The notes under the pieces were generated by a model. The model made no database searches. It was not told the DNA's origin and saw nothing but the letters and a program-made list of their open reading frames with translations. Below, piece by piece: positions 38,275 through 53,035 of a stretch of 64,000 nt of DNA; position 1 is the stretch's first letter; the number at the start of each line of letters is the position of its first letter. This DNA is from Octopus sinensis (Eukaryota), in the NCBI RefSeq assembly GCF_006345805.1, contig NC_043003.1, positions 24,924,001 to 24,988,000 of the forward strand, written 5' to 3'. The translations under genes and the position numbers were made by a program.

Positions 38275-38600
38275 CAGTCATCATCATCATCGTTTAACGT
38301 CTGTTCTCCATGCTAGCATGGGTTGGATGGTTCGACCGGAGATCTGGGAAGTCAGAAGGCTGCACCAGGCTCCAGTCTTATCTGGCAATGTTTCTACAGC
38401 TGGATGCCCTTCCTAACGCCAACCACTCCGTTAGTGTAGTGGGTGCCTTTTACGTGCCACCTGCACAGGTGCCAGGCGAGGCTCTCCATGAAAAACATGT
38501 CAGACCTTGCCTGAAACAGGTGTGGGTCAGTAACAGGAAGGGCATCAAGCCACAAAAAACTACCTCAACAAATTCCATCCAATCTATACAAGCACGGAAC
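38275..38600 (-). mobile_element. RTE-type 3' tail repeat
   Basis: Same family as 34708-34850; (GAT)n end. Confidence 0.75.
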
Positions 38601-39507
38601 TGACTTTATATAATCCCGTTTTCTCAACATATGTACACAAAAATCCATGTCTTGTTTGCAATCCTTCACAAAAGGATGTCCAGTTATTAAACTTCTTGTT
38701 TGGAAAATCAAGTTGATGGAAATATAATACTTGGAAACAATGGTTTGTAATGGAAAGCACATCTAGCCAATAAGAAAAAACACTTGCCACAAAGTTTCCT
38801 TGTAACTCACGACAATAGCAGAATGTGGATATCAAAAAATATTTCACTTTACTGTGCACATAGCTTTGGGCTCAGTCCCACTGTATAGTATCCTGGGCAA
38901 GTGTCTTTTACTATAGCCCTGGGGTGACCAATGTCTTCAGTGGCTTTGGTAGACAGACACTGAAAGAAGTCCATTTACACACATGAGAGATGTATGTATA
39001 TGCACGAGTGTGTATCTCCTCATCATGATATCGCAAGAGTTGTAAACAAGTGCCACTTAATAATTTCCAGTATTCAGCAAAAACATGCCTGGCCATGGGT
39101 AAATAGATCCTTGCTTAGGAACAGGTGAAGGTTGGAATTTAGAAGTGAATCCAACCATAGAAAATCCGCCTCAAATTCCAATCTATGCAAGCATAGGAAA
39201 GGAGATATGAAAATAAATTTTTAAAATCCTCATTAGATGGAACTGAAGGTTTTGAAAAGGAGAACACGGTAAAAGAAAGCCATTCCTGTAGACTAACTAA
39301 AATATTCTTTTCCAATATCTTTGAAAAATTGCTCATATTTGACTAAACATGAGAACACTAATAACTAACTCAGGACTCGTGTTGGGAAAACTAACAAATG
39401 GTAACTAGACTGTCAAACATGCACTAGTAAACTAATTGTATAACTATGCTTGTGTGTGTATGTGTTTATATTTAAAAAAAAATGAAAAATTACTTCACAA
39501 AAAAAAA

Positions 39508-39513
39508 TTTATT
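39508..39513 (-). terminator. Candidate actin poly(A) signal AATAAA
   Basis: First AATAAA I found after the stop on the minus strand (about 425 nt downstream), followed by a T/GT-rich tract. Confidence 0.5.
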
Positions 39514-39937
39514 GCATAAATATTGGCTCAAATGGCACCTGAGAATGTTGTAAGTAGAAGAGATTAGGTAAAAAAGACAATAACAAAAGATGTTTAAGAG
39601 GAAATATTTGCATATTATCCTGAAATAAAATATAATTATAGGCAGAAGAATCAATCAGCAGACAACATGGTTTGCGGTGACTTGTAATGGAATCCTTCGA
39701 AACAAATATAACAGCAGCATGTAATCTCTGTCACTGTAGCACCAGAGAGAACGTATTTGATCAGTACACATCTAGGTCTTTTGTTTATAGCATTAGTTAT
39801 TCTTGTCAGAGGAGAAGGGAGCATAAAAAGAGAGAATGAAAGGACAGAAGAAGGGTATTTAGGATCCATTAGGTTGCTGCAAGCAGAATTTCTTAATGAG
39901 TTTCTTAGATGTTTGTGCTGGAAGTTAAGCTATGTAC

Positions 39938-40942
<1,005 letters not shown>

Positions 40943-43101
40943 CTACAAAGAAAAGTAAAAAGTGTCAGTATTCAAAGGCATTGAGAATGTTTTATTAAAA
41001 ATATAAGGAAGAGTAACATCAAAACAATGAGGTTAGAATACGTCTAATGCACAGAAAGTATTTCTAGAATTAATCAGCTTTAGCAATTTAACTGCAAGCG
41101 CGTCAGGAGAGTTGTTTAAAGATCCATCCAACGTTACATGTTTTCGTCTACCAAATGTAAACCAAAGACGACATAGATCTAATGCACGAGGTAGAATTCC
41201 CTTCCCATACATACCAAGTACTAGAGTCGAACCTGCGTATAGTTTTCGCTGAAAAAAGGACCAGATAGCCTCTAATTGGCTAGTTTTGTTGGAAACAGCC
41301 AAGCCTCTACCCTACAAATCATGTATCGTAAAAGGAGGAAGGGATGAATTAAGATCCTTCAAAGTGACAAGCCTTAGATTATGTAGAGTGTGCTCATTCA
41401 GAAATGATGTGATTGCGCAACATCTCGATCGGTTAGCTTTTTGTGGACTAAATCACAAAAACGAACTTAGGACTGAAGTTCCACTTGGACCATCAGTTTG
41501 CAATTGAACATTCTGGAATGCAAACATACATCTATCTATCATACATGAACAATCACTGTACAACCCATTTGTGAAGTCAACAATTCATTGATCATGTACA
41601 AGTCTATTGTAAGATGGACAACATTCTTTAGAACTTTATTCAGTGTTATCTGATCACAAAAGGCGTGTAGTTTTCGCTTTTAGTCGACTTAGCTGTCGGG
41701 ATTTAAGCTCAGGTTGAGGATGTTAACGAGGCGGCATCGTTTTGCAGTCAAGGACACAGCTGACGTCAAACGAAATTTTAGACAAGGAGAATTGATATCA
41801 GACGGAAGGGGGAAAAAAAAAAAAACGGCGACAAATCAGAAACGGACTTTTTTGCTATGGGACACGAGTACACAAAATACTTTTGTGTTGCACGAAGTAT
41901 ACCAGAAATATAAACCGGCAAAATAGCCATGTAGATTCTCAAACCACGACACAATGGCAATCGGTTGTCAAAGTAAATTTTTACTGTTACATCCATCTTT
42001 TGCAACGGACATAAAATTCTAACTCAAAAGTTAAGGAGCGACAGAAAGTTTTGAAGTTTTTCCGAGATAAATTAAATTCCTAACAATACAATTCAAAAGA
42101 GATTGTTTGCTTTAAAACTTTATGGATGGAGATAGGGTAGGTGGGGAGGAAGCGCACGAAATTTGATCTACCAATGAACATGCAGCGACACCCCCCTCTC
42201 TCTCTGCCACTATACAAAACAGGAACAGAACCACTGCTGAAGCAGCAGCTACAAATGAATGAGGAGGTGGTAGGGGCGGTGGTTGGTAGAATTGGTTCAA
42301 AGAATAACGGGGTGGTACCGTAAGCCCACCACTACTCCGTACAGACAAGAATGCCAAATTCGAACTTGCTGCAGGTTGAATGATCGTGTTATACACTATA
42401 AAAAAAATTACCGATCAAGGAAAAATGGCAATTTGTGATGCTCATGCCTTTGAAAGAAAGCGGTAAGCATTTAGTAGGCGTAGTCTGCGATTCCAGACTA
42501 ATTTCGATTGGAGTTAATTTACACTGAACCACCCCTTCCTTCCAGTTAAGACCGCGCTCATGAATTTTGAGAACTATGAGCTGTGGAGCGAGAATTCATA
42601 GATGTAACCCTAACAAAATGAAGCCGATGGCAAAGACAATTTATCGGAAAGTTCTAAATAGAGTTCGGGAAAGGGGGAAGTAATAATTTTGAAAGATTTA
42701 AAAATCTTAAATGTGAACGATTCCAAACAGCAATTCGAATAGCATCAATTCCAATGTTAGGTGGCGAAATGTGAAATCAAATTCTTCAGAGCAAGAACAG
42801 GCTCGTAACAAGACTCGATCGACTACATCCAAGATCGTGGATTGATTGTCATTATCACCAAAATTCACGTTAACTATTTAAATGAACCTTAAATTTAGGA
42901 ATGGAAATTACGAAAACTAATTATTATTTAAAATTAGGGAATACAATTCGTCGACAGTTTGTTGAATAAGGGGGCGGGGAAATTGAAAGGATTTTGTAAC
43001 GATATCGCGCTTAAGAGAAGTAGTGCCAACCGAGAACTGAAACCCAGTAATTTATTCTCGGCTCAGAGGAAAAATTCAGTTTTATTCCACTATCAACCAC
43101 T

Positions 43102-43335
43102 GGCAATCCTTCGTTTTAACTCGACGATTCAATGACAATAAGTCGGTTGTTTCCGTGACAACTCGACAATTCGCTTCGGATATCTTCGTGACCTCCTCGA
43201 CAGCTGCTGTGACAGCTACTAAAATGGGAGGAGGAGTAGAAAGCTAACGGTTTGTGTGTGCGTGCTTATTCTTGTCTTTGTGGGTGCGCACGAGTGTATG
43301 TATGTACGTGCTTCTGTTCTTATACATGTGTGGTG

Positions 43336-43374
<39 letters not shown>

Positions 43375-44339
43375 AGAAGAAATGAGGTACTCAGAAAATG
43401 GGATGGTTTATATTAACAGACAGTTATTTGTATATTACATTTTTTTTTATACATCATATAACTTAGATCATGTATTAGCGCTTTCTCCCATTCTCGTGGG
43501 GTTTTCAAATCAAACTAAGTTCCTGTGTGAAAAGTTTTGACCATTTTATAGCGGTATTGAGTTTGTGTGTATGTATGTATATATATACAGATATATACAT
43601 ACATATATACACATACATAATGCTTGACACTAGTTCCGTCCCCGGACCGAAGTGCAGCGACACTGCTGCCAGGGACGAAGATTATAACCGATTGCTGGAA
43701 GGCATATATAATGCTTTGCAAGGTCATTCAACAGTGAACCCGTGCTCATTTTGTAGACCCCCCCCCCCAACGACCCTGCGGACCACAAGAACACAATGAA
43801 GGGATTGTGGGGCCACGTAAAGACGAAATATCGCAACATGCATGGCACATCAGATGCGGTATCTTCAACGTGTCTGTTCGAGTTTAGTTGTCGACGATAC
43901 AGAAACAATGCTTTTATGAATTTCATAAAATGCGCCATGCAGTACTGTCTAATTTAAAATTTAAGAATATTTTTTATGAAATTCATAAAATGCTTTGTAA
44001 AGCCCCTCCTTTTCTCTTAGTGGTTAAAAAATAAAAAAATACATGGACTAGCAGTGCAGAAACCGATTCTGTTTTCTGCTTGGGAATTTGTGGATAAAGC
44101 CGGTAAGAACAAGGCTTTTTGCTGGCATAATTTCGTTATATCTATATTTTACACACTCACAGATAGAAACAGACAAGAACAAGCACGCACACAACCCATT
44201 AGCTTTCTCCTCCTCCCATTTTAGTTGCTGTCATCAGCTTTCAAGGAGGTCACGAAGATATCCGAAATAAATTGTTGAGTTATCACGAAAACAACCAACT
44301 TCTTATCATTGAATCGTGGAGCTAATCCGAAAGCTTGCC
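43102..44339 (+). mobile_element. Merlin (IS1016/IS1595-like) DNA transposon, internally deleted, in the actin intron
   Basis: About 170-bp TIRs starting GGCAA (43102-43277 / 44171-44339). Perfect 8-bp TSD CAACCACT at 43094-43101 and 44340-44347. Confidence 0.9.
43638..43957 (+). pseudogene. Merlin transposase C-terminal remnant (DDE_Tnp_IS1595-like)
   Basis: Frameshifted segments VPDRSAATLLPGTKIITDCWKAY / GHSTVN / HFVDP / HKNTMKGLWGHVKTKYRNMHGTS...EFSCRRY. Confidence 0.85.
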
Positions 44340-46604
44340 CAACCACTATTAGTACGACACTTGGGCGTTTATTCTTTCGTACAAGTGATGTATGTTACAC
44401 ATATCTCCCCAGGTGTAGAGTTAAGTCATTGACAGTAAAGATTAGTCCTCAACTTTGACACTGAACCTAAAGAGTTCTAAAAAAGTTTTAAATCAATCGA
44501 TCGATCTGTCAGATCAAGTAAAAATGCATACTCAAACTTATTTCAAATGGCATTAATATCATGGATCCAATAACTTATTAAAACTATAACAATTTCATTA
44601 TTCAGACGTATGACGTAGTCTTAAAATGTGGAGAGCGATAGAAATACGGTCTCCTCTTTAGAAATTGTAAGCACAGAATCATTAACCATCGAATGTTCAT
44701 AGCATGAACCATCATCAATTAGATTCAATATACTGTCATTGATATACAGAAGAAAAAAACCTTAAAATATATATTGTGAAAGGTGATCGAGGACTATCTA
44801 ATCTAATGTGCCGCTTCTGTTTGTTCTAAGACGGTAAAAAAAATTAAATTGATGTTCACATCATTCATAAAGAGGAATTAGAAAATGCTTTTAATTTCTT
44901 AATGTGAAAAAACAAAAAAAAAACCGTCACATCACGGATTTAATTTGCATTTTTAACGCAAGTCTATTGTAAGGGGAGCAACTTTTAAGTTGTAGTTTTA
45001 TCTAAGCAGGTCTGCATTTTGTCGATTTGGGCTGTTCAGCACAAGAGGATATTTGTCACATATTAAGGGCAAAAAGTTCATGATTCGGTCTCGTTTGAGA
45101 TAAAGAGACATTTACTGACAAAAAAACCGGCAGGCAGTACGTTAGCCAAGCGAGCGAGCAGCTGGCGGGGGTCGGTGGTGAAAAAAAAAAAAAAAATCTT
45201 TCGTTACACATCAGAGCACGCAGTCAGCTTTCTATAAAACGAGGTGGAGGGGGGGAGTTAAGGTGAGGGTGTTATAGACTGAAATGAGCGAATAGCAAAC
45301 AGCCGGTGGGTGCCACTTTGAATGGGAGGAAGAGTGCGTGCGCGAATGTGTGTGTGCGCACGTGGGGGGAGGGTTAGTGGTAATGAATGTAGAAGCGAAG
45401 CGGAGCTTAATTTCCTTTGTTCGATAAAAAAGGTAGTTTCATATTATAATGAAAAATAAGACGCAGGAAACATTTTTGAACCCTACATTCAACCGGGCTG
45501 GTTTTTAAGGCATTTTCTGATTTACGTACACTACTTTACAAAAAGAAAAAGCCTTCACTTTTTTTTTTTTTGGTTTTCAAAATTTTCATTTGCAAAAAGT
45601 GGAATTGAATTCTAAACCGAGATGGGTGAGATTAAGATAAACCTTAAATACTAATGCAGCGGCAAGCTAAGGCGGTCCTGCATAAATTAAGCTACGAGCC
45701 CCTCGACGTTTTAATTTAATCGTAACGAAAGGTTTTCTTCATAGTCCGTCTCGCACCGTGCAGATTCGCAATCCCCCCCACCACCACCACCGAAAAATTT
45801 AACTGCGATAATTATTTGGTAATTGAGAATTATTTTTTTCGTGTGTTTGCGGGAGGATGTACAACTGTAACGTCCACTTCAAATATATATGACGAAATTA
45901 AAATCAAGAAATGAAAAGAAAAAAATATCGCATGAAGGACGGGGTGCCAAGATTACAGGAAAATGTGAAAATCAAGTTTTTTTTTTTTTTGTGGTGTAGA
46001 GTCCTGATATCAAAAATATAAAAATCCGAATGAGGACAAAAAGGAAAAATTCCGGCCGGTTAAACGCCGTGTTTCAATCCGAACTCCGCCCTCCGTCTAA
46101 ACTGCATTTATTACAGAAATAAAGAGAATTCCTTAACCTCAAGTAGCATTATAATTAAATTAAAGAATCACAGCTTCAATATAAATTTACTTATAAGTAA
46201 ATGTGTGTGTGCGATTATTAAATCCAAATTTACTCAATGCAGTGAGATGGGAGAATTAAGAGTTTTTTTTGTTTTTTTTTTCATTTTTTTATAAAAGAAA
46301 AGCCTTGAAAATGTTTTCAATAAACTATGGGAATTGTCAAAATTAGGTTTTCCCTTTGACCGGTTAGTGAATAGAAATAAAAAGCACACACACGAAAAAA
46401 AAAAAAAAAATCTAATAATTCATGTTTAGAAGAACAGGTTTAGTGGCTTATATTAAGCATGTATATTATATAGACACCCACAATGCGAACCGATTCATTG
46501 AAAATCTTACCGGCGCGAGATTAAGCAAAGTGAATCCGAATCGAATTATTTAAGATAAAGTTGCGCTAATCCAGTGTAAGCGTAGTAATTTAAAATTAAA
46601 TTTA

Positions 46605-46829
<225 letters not shown>

Positions 46830-46984
46830 TTAATATTTGTTTTAAAATGCCCGAAAAAGAATTGGAAAAAACCGGAGAAGGCTTGAACTTTTTATGCTCT
46901 TGTCAAAAATAGGTACTGCCTTTGAAATGCAGGAGAAATGGCGCGAGCAAGATTTGGCGATGTGGTCGCTGCAAGAGAGCGCTA

Positions 46985-47080
46985 CAGACTGACTTGAGTG
47001 ACGTCTCCTCAGACTCTAAAACGATATTTCCTTTATATGGAAGTTGAATTCTCGTGATATTTAGCCAATGGGGTGGGGGC
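46985..47080 (-). promoter_or_regulatory. Actin core promoter: TATA overlapping a CArG-like box, CCAAT box, GC/CACC box, Inr-like motifs
   Basis: Minus strand CCATATAAAGG at 47040-47030 (TATAAAG from 47037). AGCCAATG at 47063-47070 and GGGGTGGGGGC at 47070-47080. TCACTC and TCAGTC lie near 47001 and 46992. No acceptor AG is evident between here and the ATG. Confidence 0.6.
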
Positions 47081-49284
47081 AATGAGACAAGGCAGTTAGG
47101 GACATCATTCAAAGTAATTAATGAATTTATATGTGTCCCTGAATATTTTTTTTTTTATATACATAAATTTATAAATATATATATTTAGGTATATGCAAAT
47201 ATATCATAAATATATTTAATTTTTAACATGCATAAATGTATGGAAATAACAATAAGTAAAAAAAATAGAACAAAATATCAATGACAGATGATAGCAAGAG
47301 GGGGAGGGGAGAGATGGAGACGTGATGTCGGATAGAGGAGTAAACCGGGGGGGGGGGTGATGATGAATTTGTGAGAACAGTAGTAGAATTAAAGTTGCTT
47401 CATATAGCACCCAGATGCTAAGAATTTTTAGTATATGCTAACTGAAACAAGAATATTCATAGTAGCTGCCATTCTGCCAACGTGTATGTCTTATCATTTT
47501 TTTTTTTTTTTTTTTGAAATATTTATTCAACCACCGAGGTCGAATCTCATTTTTGTTTTTAAAGTTTCCCTTCCCTCCTCCCTTATGTTCTTTTCTAGGA
47601 CCCGTCATTTTTATTTTTTTAATTTTAAGGAAATAACTTCGGTGACAAATACAGATTATATGATCCCTCTCTCTCTATATATATAATATAAACTTTAAAG
47701 TGGAAAGAATATACACATGACAGCCATCTTAGCAGCTATTTAAGATAAACTGATCAAGGGAGGGGGGCCAGGTTTTGGAAACGAAACATTAAGACGAAAA
47801 AGGGGGAGGGGGAACCTTTCAAAATGTATTTAAAAATATACGTATGTTTTATGTATGCGTGTGTGTATTTATATAGCTTAATTTAATTAGTATTATTTAA
47901 AGTTTCACCTACTTAACGTTCAAATTTTACTCCCTACTAAAGACTATGGTTTATACATTTACAATAATTATTTAGTCCTCAGCCCCACCCGTTCGCGCTT
48001 AGCATTAAAATTTATCTTTAAACGTTAGGTTCTTGTTTATCCCTGGAACAGCCCTGGACTAGCAGGCCTTGTTATGATCAAAAGCTTTCCAGCTGTAATA
48101 ATCCCGTTTATGATAGAGAGATTAGATTAGATTAACCAATGTGTCTTTTCTTTATTAAGGCGACACGGGGATTTAAGGTAGATTTTAGCTGCTATTTCGA
48201 GCAAGCAGGTTGAGAGGACAACATAGGGAGTGTCGTTGACAAGCCAGCGGGAGTGTGTGAGTGACACATTTTAGCAGCAAATTTTGCTTTTATTTCTCAC
48301 GAATGATAAGAACTTATTTTAAAATTCGTAATGGAAATCAACAAAGCTGGGAAACAACAGCGTTTTCATTAATTGTATATATTAAACAGAAACCATTTTT
48401 AATATATGCCCATAATTTATTAATAGACGAATAAAACACGAGTAAAGAGTGATTTATAGAAATAAAGACTTCCAGTCCATTAAGATCGTTACCCTTATTA
48501 TTTTTATTATTATTAAAAAAATCCACCATCACCCAAAAAGAAAAAAAAACGGAAACTTCTCATCATGATTCTGATTCAGCTTTCAAGAACCTTGTAGAGC
48601 TGGTTGTTGGTATTGTTGTTGTTGTTTAACCCTAGGGTTGACCAAAGTGAGCAGACCAGACCAATGAGCAAAAGCAAAAAAAAAAAAAAAAAAAAGAAGA
48701 AATGAAAGAACAGAAAAAGTATTTTCAGCTTCGAACATTCTATCCTTTCTCTTTTTTTAAGGCTTTGCATACCATGGAATTCATGTGTTATTTTCTAGAA
48801 TGCGTTATTTGATGGAGATTTGCTTGCTATTTCTAGCGACCAGCTGGGCATTATTTCCCTCGTTGTGATGCCGGTTCTTCTTGTAATGGTCGGACATTGT
48901 GCCGGTATTAATGGATAACAAGCGATTCATGCTCGTTGAATCAGACAATAACCAGACGACAGTTACAGAGCTGCAATATATGTTTTATATAACCGTTTTT
49001 ACTTTCTTTCTTTGTCTTAGATCACCTGATTATTATTAATAGTAATAACTAATTTAAATCCAAGTATATTCCATGCTTGTTTCTTGATTTTTCCTTTCTC
49101 TCGTAATGTATGTATATGAAAGTTGTTTTTGGAAATTTCCTCTATAACTACTTCTTTCTTCATTACCATGATTATGCATATAAAACATACATACGTACCT
49201 ACAATAATCTATCTATCTACGTATACATACATAAGTTATATATACACATACACACGTATACATACATGCGTATATATACATACA

Positions 49285-49315
<31 letters not shown>

Positions 49316-49915
49316 GCATGCTTGTGGTTAGTATTATACAGGACAAAAGTATATATGATTAACTTTTTGATAAGCTTTTAATAATAATAATAATAATCTT
49401 GGATGGATGTGGTTTCGGAATCACACTTCTCTTTCCTATTTTGTTTTATAACACACACGCACACACACACACACATTGCGGGTGTGAGTATGTGTTCTAT
49501 ACAGAATATAGGAAAAATGCACAATGCATTTTAGAAAAAAGTTGAAGCATTGCTTTTTAAAATTGAGCTAAATATATGAAGAATGGAAAGAATTTTATTA
49601 AATACAATTTCGAATCGAAAAGAAAAAAAAAGCTGTCAAGCCAAATATAGATATAATAAATAACCCCTTATTGAGCGAATCCCAGGTGGTTATTCACAAA
49701 TCTATTTATTTATTCCTTTATTTTTGTAATTTCTGTTCGTGAACGGCCAATATACTACGAGATAGTTACTGGCGCTTTGGCACATGTCTGCTCGTCAGCG
49801 CAACCGGCTTCATTTCCAACCTCTGTGAATTTAAGCAACCCGTAATCAGCAATAGACGAATGGTTGCAACGTAAAAAAAAGGAATATTTTAGTAATAATT
49901 ATTATTATTATTATT

Positions 49916-50140
49916 GCGGTTTCAAATTTTGGCACAAGGTCAGTAATTTCGAGAGAGAGAGGATAAGTCGATTACATCGACCCCCCAAATAATAATAAAG
50001 AATAAAACAGACATCGACTGGATTCGAACTCGTTACCAAGAACTTAAAGAAAAAAAATAAAAGGTGGGAGAATGGAAAAAAAATTTCGCACTCTGCTTTT
50101 AGAATAATGGGCAGAATTCGTAGAACGACAGACAAAAAAT
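49916..50140 (-). mobile_element. SINE family B (alternative tail), diverged
   Basis: GGTTTCAAATTTTGGCACAAGG...GTCGATTACATCGACCCC. Confidence 0.6.
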
Positions 50141-51246
50141 TATTTGCAGTTTTTATTCACGTTTCTTTACAGTCTAAGCTCGAATCCTAGACAAGGTCGG
50201 CTATACATTTTATCTTTTCGTGGGGCGATCATTTAATAATCTAAAGCGTCAGTCAAAAGTACTGGAGACCCGATGTAATCGCAATCGACTTACTGGCTGG
50301 CTGGCTCTTATATTGGCATTATCACATCACCGAAAAATAAGGTTATTGGATTCAATCGGTCTTGATTTCTTGCTATATATAATATTATATATATATATAT
50401 ATATATACGCACACACACAAACACGCATATATTAATTTTCTCCAGGCCCTTTCCATTATCTGCAACCATGTGTCTAAAATTCAAGCGTTACGTTATGATT
50501 TTCGTTTTGTTTTTCTCTCACCGAAACAGATACAATAAGATTTCCAATGAGAAAGTCAATGAATATGAACTCTCAACCAATTTGGGTTGTACTGCGGTGT
50601 TTAATAAATGATATTGATAATAAGAAAAAATATTAAATGAATAAACCGATTCCTAACAGAATGAAACAAATCGGACAAGCCGTCATATATTTTTTGATTA
50701 CATCTTACGTTGATACTGTCATTTAATGCTTTCTCTCTTTCTTTCAACCTTGATTATCATCGCTTGCATACGATATATCTGTGTGTGTCTGTCTTTCTAT
50801 CGAAGACAGCACCTAGGATGCGTCTACGAGGATGCTCGACTACGTAGCTAGAAATAGCAAGCAACCAGATCAGATCTTCAAACCGCACCTTACGGGCTTA
50901 AAATAGATTTGATAAATCCGTGATAGAATATGTCCGATTTGTCATATTAAAACAACTCAACCGGCTGTGTATGTGAAGAATGATTTTGTAACTAAACAAC
51001 AACAAAATTTTGTGTGTGTGTGTGTGAGAGAGAGAGTGGCATTCATTCTCTAGTTCTACATTTTTATCTGACCCGCCACACCTTCCAGTTCTACACATTG
51101 ACACTCTCTTTAAATGACATATCACTGACGAGTTCACGATATCGATAATCTTTTAATCTTTTAATCTAGAGCAATCTTAGTTTAATTTCCTCTTTGCAAC
51201 TTTCAGAAATTTACCCGTCTTTACACTTTATGCGTGTATGTGTGTA

Positions 51247-51443
51247 TGAGGGGCCGCTGAAAAGTTCCTGGCTTGGAGAAAAGAAAATAAAACAGGAGGA
51301 TTAGTTATTTATGAATTTATTCAACGTATTCCCCTCTCAGTGGTCCTTCAATTTTCCAAAGCCCTGTAAAAGAATTTTGCAGGGCCTCCTAACCAGGCCT
51401 TTCGCGATACTCTTAAAGCCAGGAACTTTTCAGCACTCCCTCA
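51247..51443. mobile_element. Mariner MITE, 197 bp
   Basis: 28-bp TIRs TGAGGG(GCC/AGT)GCTGAAAAGTTCCTGGCTT match 25/28. TA TSD at 51245-51246 and 51444-51445. Confidence 0.85.
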
Positions 51444-52639
51444 TATATAATTTTACAAGGGAAGAGTTGCCAGTTACTTCGAAGTTTCACATGCTCGCCT
51501 TCATCACTGTATCTAGGTGTAATAACTATGCACTCTACCGAAAGTACTGAATAATCTTTTGGGCTTCAGTTTAATGTTAGTTTTTTATATATATATATAT
51601 ATATGTAAGATGACAAAAAACGAACCTCGCTAAATGAATAGATAGATAGATAGGTGTACTTTAACTCTTATTAAGTGGCTTCCGAATAGTGCCAGGTCAG
51701 ACCGGTTACAAAGTCATTATTTTCACTCGAGCCGATAGCGACGAGTGGATGCTGCTGCGTGCGTGGTCACTCGGTCTCGATTAGAGTCGAATTTCCCTCA
51801 GAAAATAGGATAAGATACTTCGAATATTTTGAGGAAAAAATGACGAGATGGTCACAACAGCTACACTCTTTTTAATCATAGTTTTGCTAGATCAAGGCTT
51901 AGCCTTAGCTTAAATCACTATTGCTATTAAGTTAGATTTTTTTAATTGAGATTCACTGACCAGGACGAAATTGTAAACGTAACTTATTGAAAGCAAAGCA
52001 AATCTCATTTAGAAAATCCAGGAGGTGAAAAAAGTCATAGAAATAAAATCACAGGGATAAAAGAATATAAACTAGCCACAAAAAACTTCAGTAAATGACT
52101 GATTTAAATTTACTTTTTTTGTTACCATTCATTTCCATTGTTTCGCTTCAAATAATTGAACAAAAACCGTGGTATTTTTTTTTCCACTTACGTAAAATAA
52201 AGCTGTACAAGGAATATATTGTCAATTAATAAGCGAGTTAAAATATTCGTCTAATTGCTGTAACGATTATTAACTACTATTAACCATATCTAAAGGCAAT
52301 ATAACATTCTTTTTCTCTCTCTGACTCTTAATTTCCTAGCCAAAATCGTGATTTTCTTTGTGGCTTTTTTTCCCAGCGAAAATCGCGTTTTTATCCGGGT
52401 TTTTTCCTAGCCAAAATCGTTTTTTTCCTCATTTTTTTCCTAGCGGAAATTTATTTTCGTTTCTTTTTATTTTTCCATCCAAAATTGTGTCTTTACTTCT
52501 GTTATCGCACCGATTCGACAAGAGGATTAGAATGAGCGAAACGGCCTTAATGATGTAACTCTGAGTTTATTATCATTGTGTTGGAGTTTACTTTTGGTGG
52601 TGGTGGTGGTGGTGGTGGTAGTGGTGGAGTTCAGCCATT

Positions 52640-53035
52640 GGTCAGTGGCCATGCTGGAGCAACATCCCGAAAGGGTTTAGGCGAACAAATCGATCCCAGT
52701 GCTTAATTTTTTTTAAAGTCAGGTACTTACTTATCGGTTCTCTTTTCCTGAATCGATAAGTCACGGAGACGTAAAGAAACCAACAGCGGTTGTCAAACAG
52801 AAGGAGAGAAAAATACAAAGCAAAGACATACATACATAACGCACACACACATACACACACACACATATATAATGTACTTCCTCGCTGTTTCTGTTTACCC
52901 AATCCACTCATAAGGCTTTGGTCAGCCCAGGGCTAGAGCAGAAGATAAAAGGCACTTGCCCAAAGTACCACGAAGTGGGACTGAACCTGAAACCACATGG
53001 TTGCAAAGTAAGCTACTTCACGATACTGCCATGCC
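52640..53035 (-). mobile_element. SINE family A (near-full)
   Basis: Reverse complement of the head, core, microsatellite and tail. Confidence 0.75.

Noticed and set aside
41220-41238. CTAGAGTCGAACCTGC as vector polylinker
   Set aside because: Short imperfect match with no other vector sequence.
43638-43957. Bacterial IS element or horizontal transfer
   Set aside because: It is explained by the eukaryotic Merlin superfamily: long TIRs, decayed ORF, embedded microsatellites and intronic location.
46904-46913. One-mismatch CArG (CCTATTTTTG) in the actin 5' UTR
   Set aside because: Such near-matches are frequent by chance in AT-rich DNA.
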